Shown: in pieces, positions 62,601 to 64,000 of the stretch
Layout: each line of letters opens with the position of its first letter
Position numbering within the stretch: position 1 is the stretch's first letter
Origin: Vitrella brassicaformis CCMP3155
Lineage: Eukaryota; Protista; Chromerida
Assembly (NCBI GenBank): GCA_001179505.1
Contig: CDMY01000698.1
Coordinates: 124,001 to 188,000 of the forward strand
DNA length: 64,000 nt
Direction: 5' to 3'
Position numbers and translations under genes: made by a program
Notes under the pieces: model-generated
Databases searched by the model: none
What the model was told of the DNA's origin: nothing
What the model saw: the letters and a program-made list of their open reading frames with translations, nothing else

Positions 62601-63267
62601 TCACCACACCTGCCGGACAGCCCATGACAGACACACACATGTGGAGCAGGTGCAGCCACTTTCATTCCCAGGCAACCACCCCACTCACCCGATCATCCAC
62701 TGCAGGAGCTTGACGACACAGTCGACGAGTGTCGGCCCCACAGGCTCGGCCAATAGCTGGCAGACAGCTTCCACCACTCGATGACCTGGGCCAATGTCTC
62801 CCAACTCTATGAAGGGAAACACAGCATACACCCAGCCCTAGCTGTACATGTCAGCTTGTGCCCCTTCCTGCGCCTCTCTCTCTCTCTCTCTCTCTCCGTC
62901 GCCATTATGCCTGACCTATAGCTACTCTTGCCGCTATCGTCAAACAGGCGAGCATTGTGGGGTAGACGGCTGGCGGCAGCTCGGTGTCGTGGTCAGGAAG
63001 GGCATTGGCCGCTCTAATGGCTCTGATGATCAGCGAGGGGTTGTCAACCAGCGGCCGGCATGACGACAGGGGGAGAGGGAAAGGAAGGTCAAACTGCTCG
63101 ATGACTCTGAGGACGCCCATCATGATGGCACCCAGTGTGTCCGCCGCCATAGCCAACATCCCTCCTTCTGCCGAGCTGATAATGCCCATGAGCGCGAGCT
63201 CCACGTGTGCACAAACGTGTTGTGTGACCAGCCGCTTGACGTCCTTCACGCGCAGGGCTGATGGACC

Positions 63268-63317
<50 letters not shown>

Positions 63318-64000
63318 AGGCGACAAATTGAGTGGTCGGCCGGTCACTCAGTCAGCTTACATCTGGCTTGCCGTCGGGAAACTGCAGTGACAAGCAGAGG
63401 AGGTAGATCCAGCGCCCGCCGCCATCTCTGTGGGTCCATGAGGGTCGCTCCTTCCACCAGCTTCAGCAGGTGGTCGACCAGCAGTGTGAATAGCGGGAGG
63501 GACAGGTGGAGGGGAATGGGGGTGGGGTCCGCACCGGGGGAAGGTGACGATGGGTTGAACGGCAGCAGCAGCGACTCCAACACGAAAAACGCCATAGGCG
63601 AAACAAACCGATGTGTGTCAGTGAAGATGACCTTCAGGCACTGCTTGATGGTGGTCTAGTGGCCGGCGAGGAGTGAGTCGCGTAGACGAGCACCCTCCTG
63701 CGGTGCAGCGTCACGCAGAGCCTCAAGCACCGAGGTAAGAAGCCGCAGCCGCACATAAGTCACGACATCCACTGCAGCATCAGCTTCGAGGATGTATTTG
63801 ACGTATAGGCTCTCACCGGGCCCATAACAGCTGCTGCCGCCCTCTGCGGCCTGCCTCCAGCCCACCAGATCCACAACGACAGCAGCGACATCCACCAGCT
63901 GAGATGGCTGCAAAGCCCCAAGAGCGGGGTCAATCTCCACAGTGAGGAAGAGCAGCAGATCGGCCACAGCCAGCTGGATCTCTCTGTTGCCGTCGTCCAG
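57286..64000 (-). pseudogene. Helical-repeat/RING-HC paralog C with two premature stops (5' end beyond the window)
   Basis: TAG at 63656-63658 where paralog B has CAG (AGH-Q-TTIK). TAA at 59998-60000 where B has CAA (SLA-Q-QH). Splice sites and the remaining exons checked are intact. Confidence 0.75.

Larger units (their letters stand above)
54590..64000 (-). repeat. Right arm of inverted segmental duplication (runs off the window)
   Basis: Reverse-complement counterpart of ~2616-12560. Confidence 0.9.

Noticed and set aside
59998-63658. Ciliate-type UAR=Gln genetic code explaining the two in-frame stops
   Set aside because: TAG/TAA terminate conserved proteins at their expected ends in this window (PNO1 TAG, AACS TAA, MARCH TAG), so the standard code applies.
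1-64000. Most ORFs in the supplied track rich in VCVC, THTH, DRQT or MDGW
   Set aside because: They are translations of intronic TG/CA, CAGA and GGAT microsatellites, or antisense shadows of GC-rich exons.
2616-64000. Inverted arms as transposon TIRs (Polinton/Maverick or composite element)
   Set aside because: The arms are ~10 kb diverged, intron-containing host genes. No transposase, integrase, polB or capsid ORF is seen, and the core is housekeeping genes.
1-64000. tRNA, rRNA or snRNA genes
   Set aside because: No cloverleaf/T-loop, rRNA or Sm-site signatures were recognised by eye; tRNAscan-SE and Rfam were not run.

Overview
Intron-dense eukaryotic DNA, GC-rich by eye, with short GT-AG introns full of TG/CA, TCTG and GGAT microsatellites. 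Most consistent with a chromerid alveolate such as Vitrella brassicaformis (inference). All gene models were spliced by hand, so exon boundaries are approximate. Two diverged inverted arms (~2.6-12.5 kb on +, ~54.6-64 kb on -) flank a ~42 kb single-copy core. Each arm carries a ~1,900-aa helical-repeat/Pro-rich/RING-HC gene and a RING-CH (MARCH-like) gene preceded by a 68-aa membrane ORF. A third tandem copy of the RING-HC gene's 3' end lies at 1-1.5 kb. The right-arm RING-HC copy has two Gln-to-stop changes. The core holds GST, Mpv17/PMP22, dynein light chain, enoyl-CoA hydratase, PAP2 phosphatase, PNO1, a plastid NifU-like protein and acetoacetyl-CoA synthetase. The most unusual items are an ~11 kb two-TM gene whose second TM aligns with DEG/ENaC/ASIC TM2 around a very large modular ectodomain, a multidomain expansin-PAN protein, a J-like/TM/NZF protein, RINGs with a coiled-coil insertion, and an isolated pre-miRNA-like hairpin.
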